A stretch of 64,000 nucleotides of DNA. Origin: Bacteroidota bacterium. GTDB lineage: Bacteria; Bacteroidota; Bacteroidia; AKYH767-A; OLB10. The number at the start of each line of letters is the position of its first letter. Position 1 is the first letter of the stretch. Shown here piece after piece: positions 19,677-29,504 of the stretch. The notes under the pieces are model-generated. The model worked only from the letters and a program-made list of their open reading frames with translations. It made no database searches and was not told the DNA's origin. The DNA lies in contig JANOPQ010000185.1 of assembly GCA_031421935.1 (NCBI GenBank), positions 11,914 through 75,913 on the forward strand, written 5' to 3'. Both the position numbers and the translations under genes were made by a program.

Positions 19677-20333
19677 AGGTTAGATGATATTTTTCTTATG
19701 TCATTTATACATAAAATGTAATCCAATAATTTAAACATAAATGGAAACATATTTCGAGCAATAAATTTATAATAAAAAGTAATATCGTACGGAACAGTGC
19801 GGAGGTCGTCCAGGCAACAGCGCGAACCGATTTTTGCTGTACCGATATAGTAAAGAGATAGCACAAAAGATTGTTTAGTGGTTGCGAAAGAAAGTAGAAA
19901 GCAAAAACTGCAAAAATTGGTTGGTGTTGGGTGGCGTGCTTTCTTTGGTTATACCGACTCTACATATTAATTTATCGAAAGGCTTAAGATTTATAGAATG
20001 TAAGTCGGCATTCCACAAGTCTATTCAAAGTTGAATAGAAATAATCGGAGTTTCACTTTCTTTTCACGCAAAAGAAAGTAACAAGTAATATAGGACTAAA
20101 ATCTTAATTAAAAAACTAAAATATTTATTACGGATATCCAATCAACTAGAAAACCCTTATTTTGTAAGATAAAGTTCAGTAATGTCAGTGTTTATGAAAT
20201 AAACTAACTAGCAAAAATATTATTAGACTTATTTGGACTATTAAATATTTTTTAAATGGTATTAAATGAAAATTGTTAAGAGCGAAATTAAAGAGGATTT
20301 GAATAGATGAATTATCATGCCATCAACTTTCCT

Positions 20334-20370
20334 TAATAAAAAAGACTGCCTCCTGTGTAGAGACAGTCTT
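20334..20370 (-). terminator. intrinsic terminator of the fasciclin gene
   Basis: On the minus strand, aagactg...cagtctt stem followed by TTTTTTATT, immediately 3' of the stop. Confidence 0.6.
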
Positions 20371-20388
20371 AATAATTGTTTTGGAAAA

Positions 20389-20961
20389 TTACATTTTTGG
20401 TAGAACCACGGCATCAATAACATGGATCACTCCATTACTTTGTTTTACATCATAAACACTGATGTTCGCTCCGTTACCGTTTTCATCCCATACTGAAATA
20501 TTTTTTTCTCCATTCATGGTGAACATTAATGTTCCGCCGCTTACTGTTGGAAAGGTTGCTTTACCACCTGATTTTTGAATTTGTTTTGTCAACTCTTCGA
20601 AATTGTAGCTACCACTGATTACATGATACGTCAACACTTTCGTTAAGCTAGCCTTATTTTCAGGCTTCAACAAAGTTTCAACCGTGCCTGCTGGTAAATT
20701 TTCGAACGCATCATTCGTAGGCGCAAATACAGTAAATGGACCTTTGCCTTGTAATGTTTCAACCAATCCTGCAGCTTTTACTGCCGCAACCAATGTAGTA
20801 TGCACAGTTGATTTCACAGCATTTTCAATGATGTTTTTTGTGGGGTACATAGCTTCTCCACCTACTTTGACATTTTTGTCCATAGATTGGGCAAATGTTT
20901 GATTACAGAACATACTTGCTGCAATTAACATAGAGGACAGAATTAATTTTGAATTTTTCAT
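20389..20961 (-). CDS. fasciclin (FAS1) domain protein, secreted
   Basis: Signal peptide. FAS1 motifs (TVFAPTNDAFENLP..., VLTYHVISG, NGVIHVIDAVVLP). Confidence 0.8.
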   Translation of the reverse strand: MKNSKLILSSMLIAASMFCNQTFAQSMDKNVKVGGEAMYPTKNIIENAVKSTVHTTLVAAVKAAGLVETLQGKGPFTVFAPTNDAFENLPAGTVETLLKPENKASLTKVLTYHVISGSYNFEELTKQIQKSGGKATFPTVSGGTLMFTMNGEKNISVWDENGNGANISVYDVKQSNGVIHVIDAVVLPKM

Positions 20962-21097
20962 ATTGTTATTGTTTATTTGTTTAATGACACTTACGGATGT
21001 AACTAAATTTTGGATTTATTTTATTAAAATTTCTCACGAGCGAGAATAAAAAAGCGAGCAGATGAATAATTTCGTCTACTCGCATAAAAGATTTAGT

Positions 21098-22939
21098 TTA
21101 GTTTTTAACAAACTTCAAGGTTGAAGTTTTACTTCCTTGAATTAAATTCACAAAATACATTCCAGCCTGCCAATCAATAATATTGATTTGTATTGTTTTG
21201 GTATTTGCAGATGGATCTTGGATCGAATTATAAACCGATTCTCCTAATAAATTGGTAATGTTAATTTCACCACTGAAGCTTTCGTTTAAATTCAAATCTA
21301 TGAATAAGTTATCTGAACTAGGATTAGGATAAAGATTCAGAATGTTATTTGAAGAAGAGTTTTGTGCTATTCCCGTTGTTGTATTTGAGCAATTAAATCC
21401 ACGATCAACTTGTCCTCTAATTTCTCCATTTGGATTCACTGCTGTATGAATATTTACATAAATACTATCATTTCTAAACTGAACGGAATTACCAACCAAG
21501 AAAGGTGTTGCGTCAGTACTTCTCCAGTATCCAAAGATTCCATTATTTACTAAGAACGAAGCTAGGTCGTAAACAACTCCACCATTCTGTCCCATTACTG
21601 CATTATGAAAATGAGCACCGGTCGCAGACAATCCATTAATTACAAGCATGAAATGCGCATTATCTTGATCCCTATCAATGGAAACCATTCCGGATCCAGA
21701 TGCGGTTGTTGTAACGGATGGTACTTCTTGCGTTCCATCTAAAGCTACCGTGTAGCCTTCACGCGCTAAGCGATATACTTGTCCTCTTATTTCTCCATTC
21801 GGATTTTGAGCTGTATGTACGTTCAAATAAATTTCTGCTTTAAAAAACTTATTAAGCAATGCTGAATTTAAAACTGACCCAGTTACAATTCCTGTAATTC
21901 GGTTTCCATTAATGGATGAACTTAAATCAACAACAACACTACCTGTAGTTAGAACTACTCCATTATGAAAATGTGCACCAGTAATTGGGCCACTTAAATT
22001 TGTTACGCTTACATCATACCATAATGTGTCAAAGCTGGCATTAATTTTAATGGTAGCAGCGCCTTTTGCTCCTGTTACTAAAGGAGGAACTTCCTGATTT
22101 CCGTCTAACTTAGCATCAAAGTACAGATAATTTTTTTCCCACACTAATTGGCTTCTGATTTCTCCATTTGGGTTTGCTAATGTATGTACATTAAAATAAA
22201 TACTGTTTGCAAATAAGCTATCGATTACCGCTTGTGATGGTGCAGTAATAACTCCTGATATTTCATCACCATTTACATTTGTACTTACTGATACTGCAAC
22301 TGGTCCAGCTACACCGGGCATTCCAAAATGTAGATGTGCACCCGTAATTGCGCCACTTAATCCTTGCGTAATAATGTTAAATTTTATTTTAGAAAAATCT
22401 TTTGACAGATTAAATACACCTACGCCGTACGCATTAGTTGCTAATGGAGGAGTATTTTGACTTCCGCTTAACATTACCGGAAAACTATAATCTGTTTCTA
22501 AATAGATTTGTCCACGAATTTCGCCATTTGGATTAGCCGAAGTATGACCGTTTACATATAATTGTCCAGATAGCATTTTAGCAATAGCTGCCGGTGATGC
22601 GTTGGCTCCTGTTAATGTAGTTGTAATTCTATTTCCAGAAATAAATGAAGAAAGGTCGATGAGAACACCGCCGTTGGTTCCAAATGATCCATCGTGAATA
22701 TGGATTCCTACTAGTGGACCACTTAATCCAGTTACAGTAATATCAACACATACGGAATCGCGTGTTGGGTTTAACATAAAACTGGCAATACCTACAGCAT
22801 TGGTTGCAACAGCGGGCACTTCTTGTGCGCCATCCATTCTTGCAGATAATAAAAGATGATCTCTTAAATGAGCGGCCGGAGCCATGGTACTAATTAGTAA
22901 TCCTACTAATAATGTGGTGAGTAGAGTAATTTTTTTCAT
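21098..22939 (-). CDS. CHRD-domain repeat protein (x4) with T9SS type-A C-terminal sorting domain
   Basis: Four ~110-aa repeats each ending in NPNGEIRGQ (CHRD-like). C-terminal ~80 aa (LNLYPNPSSDNLFIDL...MYFVNLIQG...KFVKN) match the Por secretion tail. Confidence 0.75.
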   Translation of the reverse strand: MKKITLLTTLLVGLLISTMAPAAHLRDHLLLSARMDGAQEVPAVATNAVGIASFMLNPTRDSVCVDITVTGLSGPLVGIHIHDGSFGTNGGVLIDLSSFISGNRITTTLTGANASPAAIAKMLSGQLYVNGHTSANPNGEIRGQIYLETDYSFPVMLSGSQNTPPLATNAYGVGVFNLSKDFSKIKFNIITQGLSGAITGAHLHFGMPGVAGPVAVSVSTNVNGDEISGVITAPSQAVIDSLFANSIYFNVHTLANPNGEIRSQLVWEKNYLYFDAKLDGNQEVPPLVTGAKGAATIKINASFDTLWYDVSVTNLSGPITGAHFHNGVVLTTGSVVVDLSSSINGNRITGIVTGSVLNSALLNKFFKAEIYLNVHTAQNPNGEIRGQVYRLAREGYTVALDGTQEVPSVTTTASGSGMVSIDRDQDNAHFMLVINGLSATGAHFHNAVMGQNGGVVYDLASFLVNNGIFGYWRSTDATPFLVGNSVQFRNDSIYVNIHTAVNPNGEIRGQVDRGFNCSNTTTGIAQNSSSNNILNLYPNPSSDNLFIDLNLNESFSGEINITNLLGESVYNSIQDPSANTKTIQINIIDWQAGMYFVNLIQGSKTSTLKFVKN

Positions 22940-23506
22940 GTTAAATTTGTTTTAAAGGTGATTAGATTATTGTTTAGAAATAGATACGAGATAAAACCAG
23001 TTCTGGATTTTCGTCTAATAGAGAAATAGTTAGAAATTCAAATTTTGAAGATTCATAAATGCATTTTTTTTTCATCTCACTTATAGAATTTGACGGTACA
23101 AAGTTGGTAAGTCCTTTTATTTTAATCATTACACAATTCTTGAGTTATATTATATAATTCACATATTTAATCGACTGAAAGAGGATAAGAGGGCAGAAAA
23201 CATAATGTAAGGGAACATTACACCTTTACAGAAATTATCCACTAGAAAGCTAGCTTTAATACTAGATCTATTAATTATTTAAAGAGAATGAATGTTTAGT
23301 ATTAGCATTAATAGGGCAATGGTGGTGAAATTTCTAACATATTTTGCTATGTCATGCAACTTATAGCTATGCTACAGTGTAAATTGGAAAACAGTAAATT
23401 AAATTATCAAATCTTAGAAGTTGAAATGTGAAAAAATTTCATCTGTAAAAATTATTACTATACTTTATTGCACAAAAATTAATTCTGCTCGTGAATCCTG
23501 ATTTAT

Positions 23507-23818
23507 TTATGAATTATTTAATAGAATAAAAATAACTCCTAGAAAACTCAATGGAACACCAATCACCAGAGAAAGAACTAAACTTTTTGTATTCGATAAT
23601 TTCTTGCTGAGTAAATGATGAATGAGTAGACAAATTAAAAAGGTAGGTATAAAATAAACCACCAACGCCGCTAAAATCCCCGGACTTAGTAAATCGCTAA
23701 GTTGATGCGTTGCTTTGTCGATAGCGAAAAGGAGCCAACAAAAAGTAAGTGTTACAAGTGCAATGGTAAATACGGAGCTGAATCTTGACACGGGGATGGA
23801 TTCTATGTATAGTTTCAT
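23507..23818 (-). CDS. small hypothetical membrane protein
   Basis: 103-aa ORF with three hydrophobic helices. No other support. Confidence 0.3.
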   Translation of the reverse strand: MKLYIESIPVSRFSSVFTIALVTLTFCWLLFAIDKATHQLSDLLSPGILAALVVYFIPTFLICLLIHHLLSKKLSNTKSLVLSLVIGVPLSFLGVIFILLNNS

Positions 23819-23970
23819 GGATATAAAACTAGAAAATGATGGTTTTATTGTTTTCCAAAATTATTCAATATGAGTAATATCAGGTGAACGGAAATGAGAT
23901 CATTGTATCTTTGCAAAGAAGTAGATTCCGAAACGTAACTGGGAATTATTAGTTAAACAAGCTACTGACG

Positions 23971-24363
23971 ATGATAAAGACAAAAGCCGACATTGCAACT
24001 CGTGAAGACATAGAATTATTAGTAAATACTTTTTACGATGGAATTAAAGTTCATTCAATATTGGGTCCCATCTTTAATGTAAGCGCCAATGTAAATTGGG
24101 AAACCCATTTGCCCAAGATGTATTCCTTTTGGAGCAGTTTATTATTAGGCGAACATTCATTTAGCGGAAATCCGATGGCCACTCATATTGCACTAAGCAA
24201 AAATATTCCATTAACCGCATTGGAATTTTCGGAGTGGATCCAATTATTTAATACCACGGTAGATGGTTTGTTCGAAGGCGAAAAGGCCAACGAGGCAAAA
24301 ATTAGAGCTGCTAATATTGCGAGGTTGATGTTGTTTAAGATTGAAGCGGATTCTTCTATATGA
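23971..24363 (+). CDS. truncated hemoglobin-like globin (group III-like)
   Basis: 130 aa. F.Y....P.F, HLPKMYSFWSSLLLGE, G.P...H pattern typical of 2/2 hemoglobins. Confidence 0.6.
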   Translation: MIKTKADIATREDIELLVNTFYDGIKVHSILGPIFNVSANVNWETHLPKMYSFWSSLLLGEHSFSGNPMATHIALSKNIPLTALEFSEWIQLFNTTVDGLFEGEKANEAKIRAANIARLMLFKIEADSSI

Positions 24364-24668
24364 AAAAGTAGTCTAGCGATAGGTTACGAATTACGAATCA
24401 ATACGAATGTACTAATTACGAATTTACGAAAGCGCGAATCCACTAGTTCACTTATGAGTTGCATTGTACCTATCTACTTATTTTCTAAGTGTGATTAACG
24501 AATCCGTGAAAATCCGTTTAATCCGTGTCATCCGCGTTCCTTTTTTTATCCAAATCATAACGAAAATTTATCATGAAAATCTTAATCATCATAATAAATC
24601 AGTGTTCCATCAAGCATAAATAGATACGATAAAAAATATATTTCGGCAAACTGCAAGAAGCCAGCAAC

Positions 24669-25043
24669 TCACTTATACTTCTCCCTAAACCCCCCATACG
24701 ATTCCAACACCTCGAAAATGGTGAAGCAGAAATAAAAGAAAAAGAAACAAAGTGCAAACGGAATAACCATCGGTTTATTAATGAATGCAAAAATGATGAT
24801 GGTGGTTAGGTAAATGAAAAGTTTGAGTCCGGTGGAACCCATGTAATAGCGGATGAATTTTTTTCCATCGTTTCTGCGGGTGTATAATCCGTGATGGAGA
24901 ATCAAAGTAATGAAGGCAATAAAAATCGGTAGCCAATAAAAGTTTGTGTAATACCATTTTTGAGGAACTACATTTCCTAACATGGCGTATATGCCTGCCG
25001 TTAGTAAAGTGATAACAATTAATTTGATGATGAATTTTTGCAT
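24669..25043 (-). CDS. hypothetical membrane protein
   Basis: Start placed at MQKF; 4 predicted TM helices; no domain recognised. Confidence 0.35.
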   Translation of the reverse strand: MQKFIIKLIVITLLTAGIYAMLGNVVPQKWYYTNFYWLPIFIAFITLILHHGLYTRRNDGKKFIRYYMGSTGLKLFIYLTTIIIFAFINKPMVIPFALCFFFFYFCFTIFEVLESYGGFREKYK

Positions 25044-25147
25044 CAAGTTTAAATTATTCAGTAGAATCATGATGCGCAAAGGTATACAATAAGTTTTTTT
25101 GGAAATGAGGCTTTTGGTTGTGAGGTTACGCGATGGGTGTAAAGCAA

Positions 25148-25375
25148 CTACTTCTTGGAAACTTGTTTAATGAAATAATACATGACACCCGCTACCGATG
25201 CTAAGGTGAGCACTAGTGTGAATATTGGAAAAGTAAGTTTTAAATATTGGTCTAATTTCACGCCCGCCCATGCCATGCAAAAAATGGTCATGCCCATTTG
25301 CAGGCCCATCGACGAATAACGAATGTAATTGTTAAGCGGTTTTTTCGGCGAGTTTTTCGTTGGATCGGTCGCCAT
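25148..25375 (-). CDS. AtpZ/AtpI-like small membrane protein
   Basis: 75 aa; LNNYIRYSSMGLQMGMTIF... two-TM pattern as in Bacteroidota AtpZ-family proteins. Overlaps the bactofilin gene by 44 nt. Confidence 0.5.
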   Translation of the reverse strand: MATDPTKNSPKKPLNNYIRYSSMGLQMGMTIFCMAWAGVKLDQYLKLTFPIFTLVLTLASVAGVMYYFIKQVSKK

Positions 25376-25766
25376 GTTTCATGTCTTTAATTACGGAACC
25401 CATACTGCAATTGCCGGTAAAGCTGGCACCCACTTCCACTACTAATTTTCCAGTGTGAATATCACCGTTGATGCGCGCCGATGATTTTAAAAATAGCATT
25501 TCTGATACAGTTGTTTTTCCTTTAATAGCACCTGAAATATCGGCGCTCTGGCAAAATACGTCTCCTTCCACCACACCCGTTGCTCCAATGACCACTTTCG
25601 CTTTGGATGTTACTGATCCACGAATGGTTCCATCAATTCTTACATCGCCATTCGATTTTATTTCACCTTCAATCACGGTGCCCGCACCAATAATGTTGAT
25701 AGCGCCATTTGAATCTGCCGGACGTGTAATTACACCTTTGTTTTTTAATTGCTGGAACATAGACAT
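25332..25766 (-). CDS. bactofilin (polymer-forming cytoskeletal protein)
   Basis: Repetitive beta-helical G-x-I/V motifs (INIIGAGTVIEGEIKSNGDVRIDGTIRGSV...). Confidence 0.8.
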   Translation of the reverse strand: MSMFQQLKNKGVITRPADSNGAINIIGAGTVIEGEIKSNGDVRIDGTIRGSVTSKAKVVIGATGVVEGDVFCQSADISGAIKGKTTVSEMLFLKSSARINGDIHTGKLVVEVGASFTGNCSMGSVIKDMKHGDRSNEKLAEKTA

Positions 25767-26164
25767 AGAGGAATTTGTGGTTATGAATTGTGTTGCACAA
25801 ATATATGAAATAAATAAAAATTATGAACAGTAGATTGTGAATTGCCTAAATCTTTTAAAACTAGTGCTTCCAGTCTCTCCCCTCGCGAGGCTTCGCGACC
25901 CTCTCCAGAGGCGAGGGGCTTTATTAAACTAAAATTTCTCAAGTGTCCTCAAGTGCTCTTCGTTTCTCTAGTGTTAGAAAAAAATGCAATATCAAAGCTA
26001 GAAATTATTACGCTGACGATGACTATAGTTGCTGGCCTAGAAGCGCTGCCTGAGGTTCTCGATGGCAGCCTCAGCCAGCAGAAAAAATCTAAAATCTAAA
26101 ATCTAAAATCCAACATCCCACCTTCGTGACGACGAACATTATCCCAAATAATCCCCATAGCGAA

Positions 26165-27154
26165 CTAAGCACTAACCTCCGAATACCTCGTCTCAATAAA
26201 ATTCAAAGTATCCACAATCTCATCATAATTATTACTGGTAACCAGCTTCATACGATGCTCCTTGAAATGATCTAAGCCTTTGAAATAGTTGGTATAATGC
26301 CTTCTCATTTCCACAATACCCACATAATCGCCTTTCCATTTAATCGAAAAATCGAGATGCATTTTACAAGTATTTACACGCTGTGAAATATTGGGAGGAG
26401 CTAAGTGCATCCCTGTTTTCATAAAGTGTTTGATCTCATTAAAAATCCATGGATATCCGATACTCGCCCTTCCAATCATCACCCCATCTACCCCATAACG
26501 CTCTTTCATGGCGATTGCTTTTTCAGGGGAATCAACATCTCCATTCCCAAAAATTGGAATGGTAAGTCTGGGGTTTTCTTTTAATTTACCAATGAGTGTC
26601 CAGTCGGCCGGACCTTTATAAAGTTGCGCTCTTGTTCTACCATGCACAGTTAAAGCGGCAATGCCAATGTCCTGCAAGCGCTCGGCCACTTCCATAATAT
26701 TCTTGGTGCTATCGTCCCAACCTAAACGCGTTTTCACAGTGACAGGTCGGGTCGCAATTTTCACAATTTCGCTGGTCATCTGCACCATCTTGGGAATGTC
26801 TTGCAAGAGAGCAGCGCCGGCACCTTTACACGCAACAGCTTTCACCGGACAACCATAATTGATATCGATAAGTTCGGGCTTCGCTTCATCGGCGATACGT
26901 CCAGCTTCACGCATGGAGTCGATATCGGAGCCAAAAAGTTGAATGCCGATGGGACGCTCGTATTCAAAAATATCCAACTTCATGGTGCTTTTTCGGGCGG
27001 CACGGATGAGTCCTTCACTCGAAATAAACTCCGTATACATCAAATCGGCCCCATGTTCCTTGCACACATAACGGAAAGGCGGATCACTCACATCCTCCAT
27101 GGGAGCGAGTAAAAGCGGAAATTCGCCTAGTTCTATATTGCCAATTTTTACCAA
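26165..27154 (-). CDS. dus: tRNA-dihydrouridine synthase
   Basis: LAPMEDVSDPPFRYVCKEHGADLMYTEFISSEGL, the FMN-binding TIM-barrel Dus signature. Confidence 0.85.
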   Translation of the reverse strand: MVKIGNIELGEFPLLLAPMEDVSDPPFRYVCKEHGADLMYTEFISSEGLIRAARKSTMKLDIFEYERPIGIQLFGSDIDSMREAGRIADEAKPELIDINYGCPVKAVACKGAGAALLQDIPKMVQMTSEIVKIATRPVTVKTRLGWDDSTKNIMEVAERLQDIGIAALTVHGRTRAQLYKGPADWTLIGKLKENPRLTIPIFGNGDVDSPEKAIAMKERYGVDGVMIGRASIGYPWIFNEIKHFMKTGMHLAPPNISQRVNTCKMHLDFSIKWKGDYVGIVEMRRHYTNYFKGLDHFKEHRMKLVTSNNYDEIVDTLNFIETRYSEVSA

Positions 27155-27306
27155 GATGGGTTTATTTGCTGGATGTGAATTATATGTAAGTTAATGGTAT
27201 AAGTACATTTATGCTGCTCTTTTTCTTCTTTAGATGGTCGTACAGGGTTCGATAAAACCATCTTCCCCCAACCCAAAGAACAGAAGCCGAAAGAAGAAAA
27301 CTATCT

Positions 27307-28251
27307 TTGAGCCCGCAAAAATACGAAACAATGCAACTCCGCGCTAGTCTTTCTGACCGAACCCCTTACCGTAAATTCTTGATTGTTGTTGGCTTAACCT
27401 TGATAGGGGCTGTCCTTTTTACTGCTATAGGAACGATGCTCAGCCAATTAATATTCGGAATTAATTTAACGGGCGATGCCTCCATCTTAGACCAAACCGG
27501 AAACGCTGCATTGGTAAACGCCTTCCGATTGTTTCAGGGACTTGCTGCTATTGGCACTTTCATTTTGCCTGCTTTAGGAGCTGCTTATCTTTTTTCAAAT
27601 CAATCAACCGAATACCTCGGACTCGAAAAAAAATCCAAGGGAATTCACCTTTTTGCAGTCTTTATTTTATTGATAGTGGCTATACCCTTTATAAATTGGA
27701 TGATGCAAATTAATGGTGAATTGAATCTACCATCTTCCCTCAAAGGATTACAAGATTGGATGGAAATGACTGAGGCGCAAGCATCCAAAATCACCAAATT
27801 ACTTTTAGGAAATACCGGAGTAAGTGATTTGCTAATAAATTTAATTGTGATTGCTATTATTCCCGCCATAGGGGAGGAGTTGCTTTTTAGAGGGGTCATC
27901 CAAAAACTATTCACCGAACTCGCCAACAGCAAAGGGTTTGCAGTGATCCTTACTGCGGTTTTATTTTCAGCTTTACACATGCAATTTTTCGGATTCCTTC
28001 CAAGATTTGCTTTAGGGGTTTTACTGGGTTATTTGTATGTATGGAGTGGTTCGTTGTGGGTGCCCATCACTGCGCATTTCATCAACAACGCCATGGCCGT
28101 CATCCTCACTTGGTATATGGAAAGAGGAACCATTCATTTCAATCCAGATACCATCGGCATTGAACAAGGCCAGGAAGGAATATTAGCGGGATCCGTCTTC
28201 CTAACCTGGGCAATATTGTGGTGGTTGAAAAAACAATGGGACACGAAATAA
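27307..28251 (+). CDS. CPBP-family intramembrane metalloprotease (CAAX protease-like)
   Basis: EELLFRGVIQ motif 1, FxxxH motif (FSALHMQF), and a polytopic membrane profile. Confidence 0.75.
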   Translation: MSPQKYETMQLRASLSDRTPYRKFLIVVGLTLIGAVLFTAIGTMLSQLIFGINLTGDASILDQTGNAALVNAFRLFQGLAAIGTFILPALGAAYLFSNQSTEYLGLEKKSKGIHLFAVFILLIVAIPFINWMMQINGELNLPSSLKGLQDWMEMTEAQASKITKLLLGNTGVSDLLINLIVIAIIPAIGEELLFRGVIQKLFTELANSKGFAVILTAVLFSALHMQFFGFLPRFALGVLLGYLYVWSGSLWVPITAHFINNAMAVILTWYMERGTIHFNPDTIGIEQGQEGILAGSVFLTWAILWWLKKQWDTK

Positions 28252-28446
28252 TTTGAAAATTTTTCAGTTTGAAAATTTGAAAATGTATTCACCAAGCGAA
28301 GCCTAACGACACCAATTTGCCATTAAACAATTGCTATCGGGACACCAATTCGCTCTTGAAGCAATGCATTACACCTGTTGCCACAGGCAGTTTCTGACTT
28401 CATAGCGCAGCAATTCACCAATCCACCAACTTACCAATTCACCAAT

Positions 28447-28500
28447 TGTATCGTAAAAGGAAGAGAAGCGATTTATCGCTTCTCTTCCTTTTACGATACA
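28447..28500. repeat. perfect 54-bp palindrome (26-nt arms, 2-nt centre)
   Basis: tgtatcgtaaaaggaagagaagcgat-tt-atcgcttctcttccttttacgataca, preceded by 4 octamer repeats (YYACCAAY). Confidence 0.95.
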
Positions 28501-28574
28501 CCTATACGAAAATCTTTTTTAATAACCAATAGCCTGTGCCTTATTGTTTTTGTGAAAATTCCCTCTATATTCCG

Positions 28575-28582
28575 TATCTTTG
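28575..28582 (+). promoter_or_regulatory. Bacteroidota-type -7 promoter element (TAnnTTTG) upstream of the short glgA
   Basis: TATCTTTG lies 31 nt upstream of the ATG at 28613, with a TTTG about 23 bp further upstream. It overlaps the TTG start used by the ORF track, which argues for the ATG start. Confidence 0.4.
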
Positions 28583-28612
28583 CGTAAAATTATCTATATC
28601 GTGAAGAAAGCT

Positions 28613-29440
28613 ATGAGAAAAGCACGTGTTCTATTTATCTCTTCTGAGATTCATCCTTACCTTGATTTATCAGAGCAAAGTGAAATCGCTCGCAACCTCC
28701 CACAAGGAATTCAAGAGCGCGGTAAAGAGATTCGAACTTTTATGCCTCGATTTGGAAATATTAACGAGCGCCGCAATCAATTACACGAAGTAATTCGTCT
28801 TTCTGGAATGAATTTGATCATTGATGATACCGATCATCCCTTGATCATTAAGGTAGCTTCCATTCAAGCGGCTCGTATGCAAGTTTATTTTATTGATAAT
28901 GAAGAATATTTTCAACGCAAGTGTACCATCCGTGATACCGACGATACTTTCTTCGCCGATAACGACGATCGTACCATTTTCTTCGGCCGTGGAGTGTTAG
29001 AAACCGTGAAGAAGTTAGGCTGGTCGCCCGATATTATTCATTGCCATGGTTGGATGACTGCTCTAATTCCAATGTTGATTAAAACTAGCTATAAGGACGA
29101 TCCTATGTTCCACAATAGCAAAGTAGTTTATTCTTTGTACAATGATTCTTTCACGGAGTCGTTTAACAAGGACTTTAGCAAGAAAATCTTAATGGATGGT
29201 TTGAGTGCTGATGATGTAAAGGGATTGGAAGATCCTAATTACGTGAGCCTTACAAAATTGGCAATGCAGTATTCAGATGCGGTGATGAAGAGTTCAACCA
29301 CATTGCATGATGAAATTGAAACAGCATTTAAGAGCTTGAGTAAACCAACACTTGACTATAAATCACCTGAAGAATACATTGAAGCCTACGATAATTTCTA
29401 TGATGAGGCGATGCTTGAAGATTCTGTTCTTGCAGAATAG
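28613..29440 (+). CDS. glgA: short glycogen/starch synthase-like protein (GT5 catalytic N-domain only)
   Basis: VLFISSEIHPY..., HCHGWMTAL motifs of the Glyco_transf_5 domain. Only ~275 aa, so it lacks the C-terminal GT1 half of canonical GlgA. Confidence 0.6.
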   Translation: MRKARVLFISSEIHPYLDLSEQSEIARNLPQGIQERGKEIRTFMPRFGNINERRNQLHEVIRLSGMNLIIDDTDHPLIIKVASIQAARMQVYFIDNEEYFQRKCTIRDTDDTFFADNDDRTIFFGRGVLETVKKLGWSPDIIHCHGWMTALIPMLIKTSYKDDPMFHNSKVVYSLYNDSFTESFNKDFSKKILMDGLSADDVKGLEDPNYVSLTKLAMQYSDAVMKSSTTLHDEIETAFKSLSKPTLDYKSPEEYIEAYDNFYDEAMLEDSVLAE

Positions 29441-29504
29441 TCCCCTTTTTTATTCTTTGCGTTTAGCTTCTGTATCTTTTATAAATTCCTTTACCTTCGC
29501 CCCC

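Noticed and set aside
19598-19864. 88-aa minus-strand ORF overlapping the 3' end of the J-domain gene
   Set aside because: AT-rich and low complexity, and it overlaps a better-supported gene. It is most likely spurious.
24395-24540. TACGAAT-like and AATCCGT mini-arrays considered as a separate mobile element
   Set aside because: Too short and degenerate to delimit an element; they are noted only as part of the genome-wide heptamer-array tendency.
25842-26099. 85-aa ORF (MPKSFKTSASSLSPREASRPSPEARG...)
   Set aside because: It lies wholly within the GC-rich hairpin / heptamer-array intergenic region. Low-complexity composition, no start context, no domain.
28580-28612. TTG start for the short glgA as given in the ORF track
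   Set aside because: The TTG overlaps a perfect TAnnTTTG -7 promoter box. The ATG at 28613 (…MRKARVLFISSE) matches the usual GlgA N-terminus and leaves a sensible leader.
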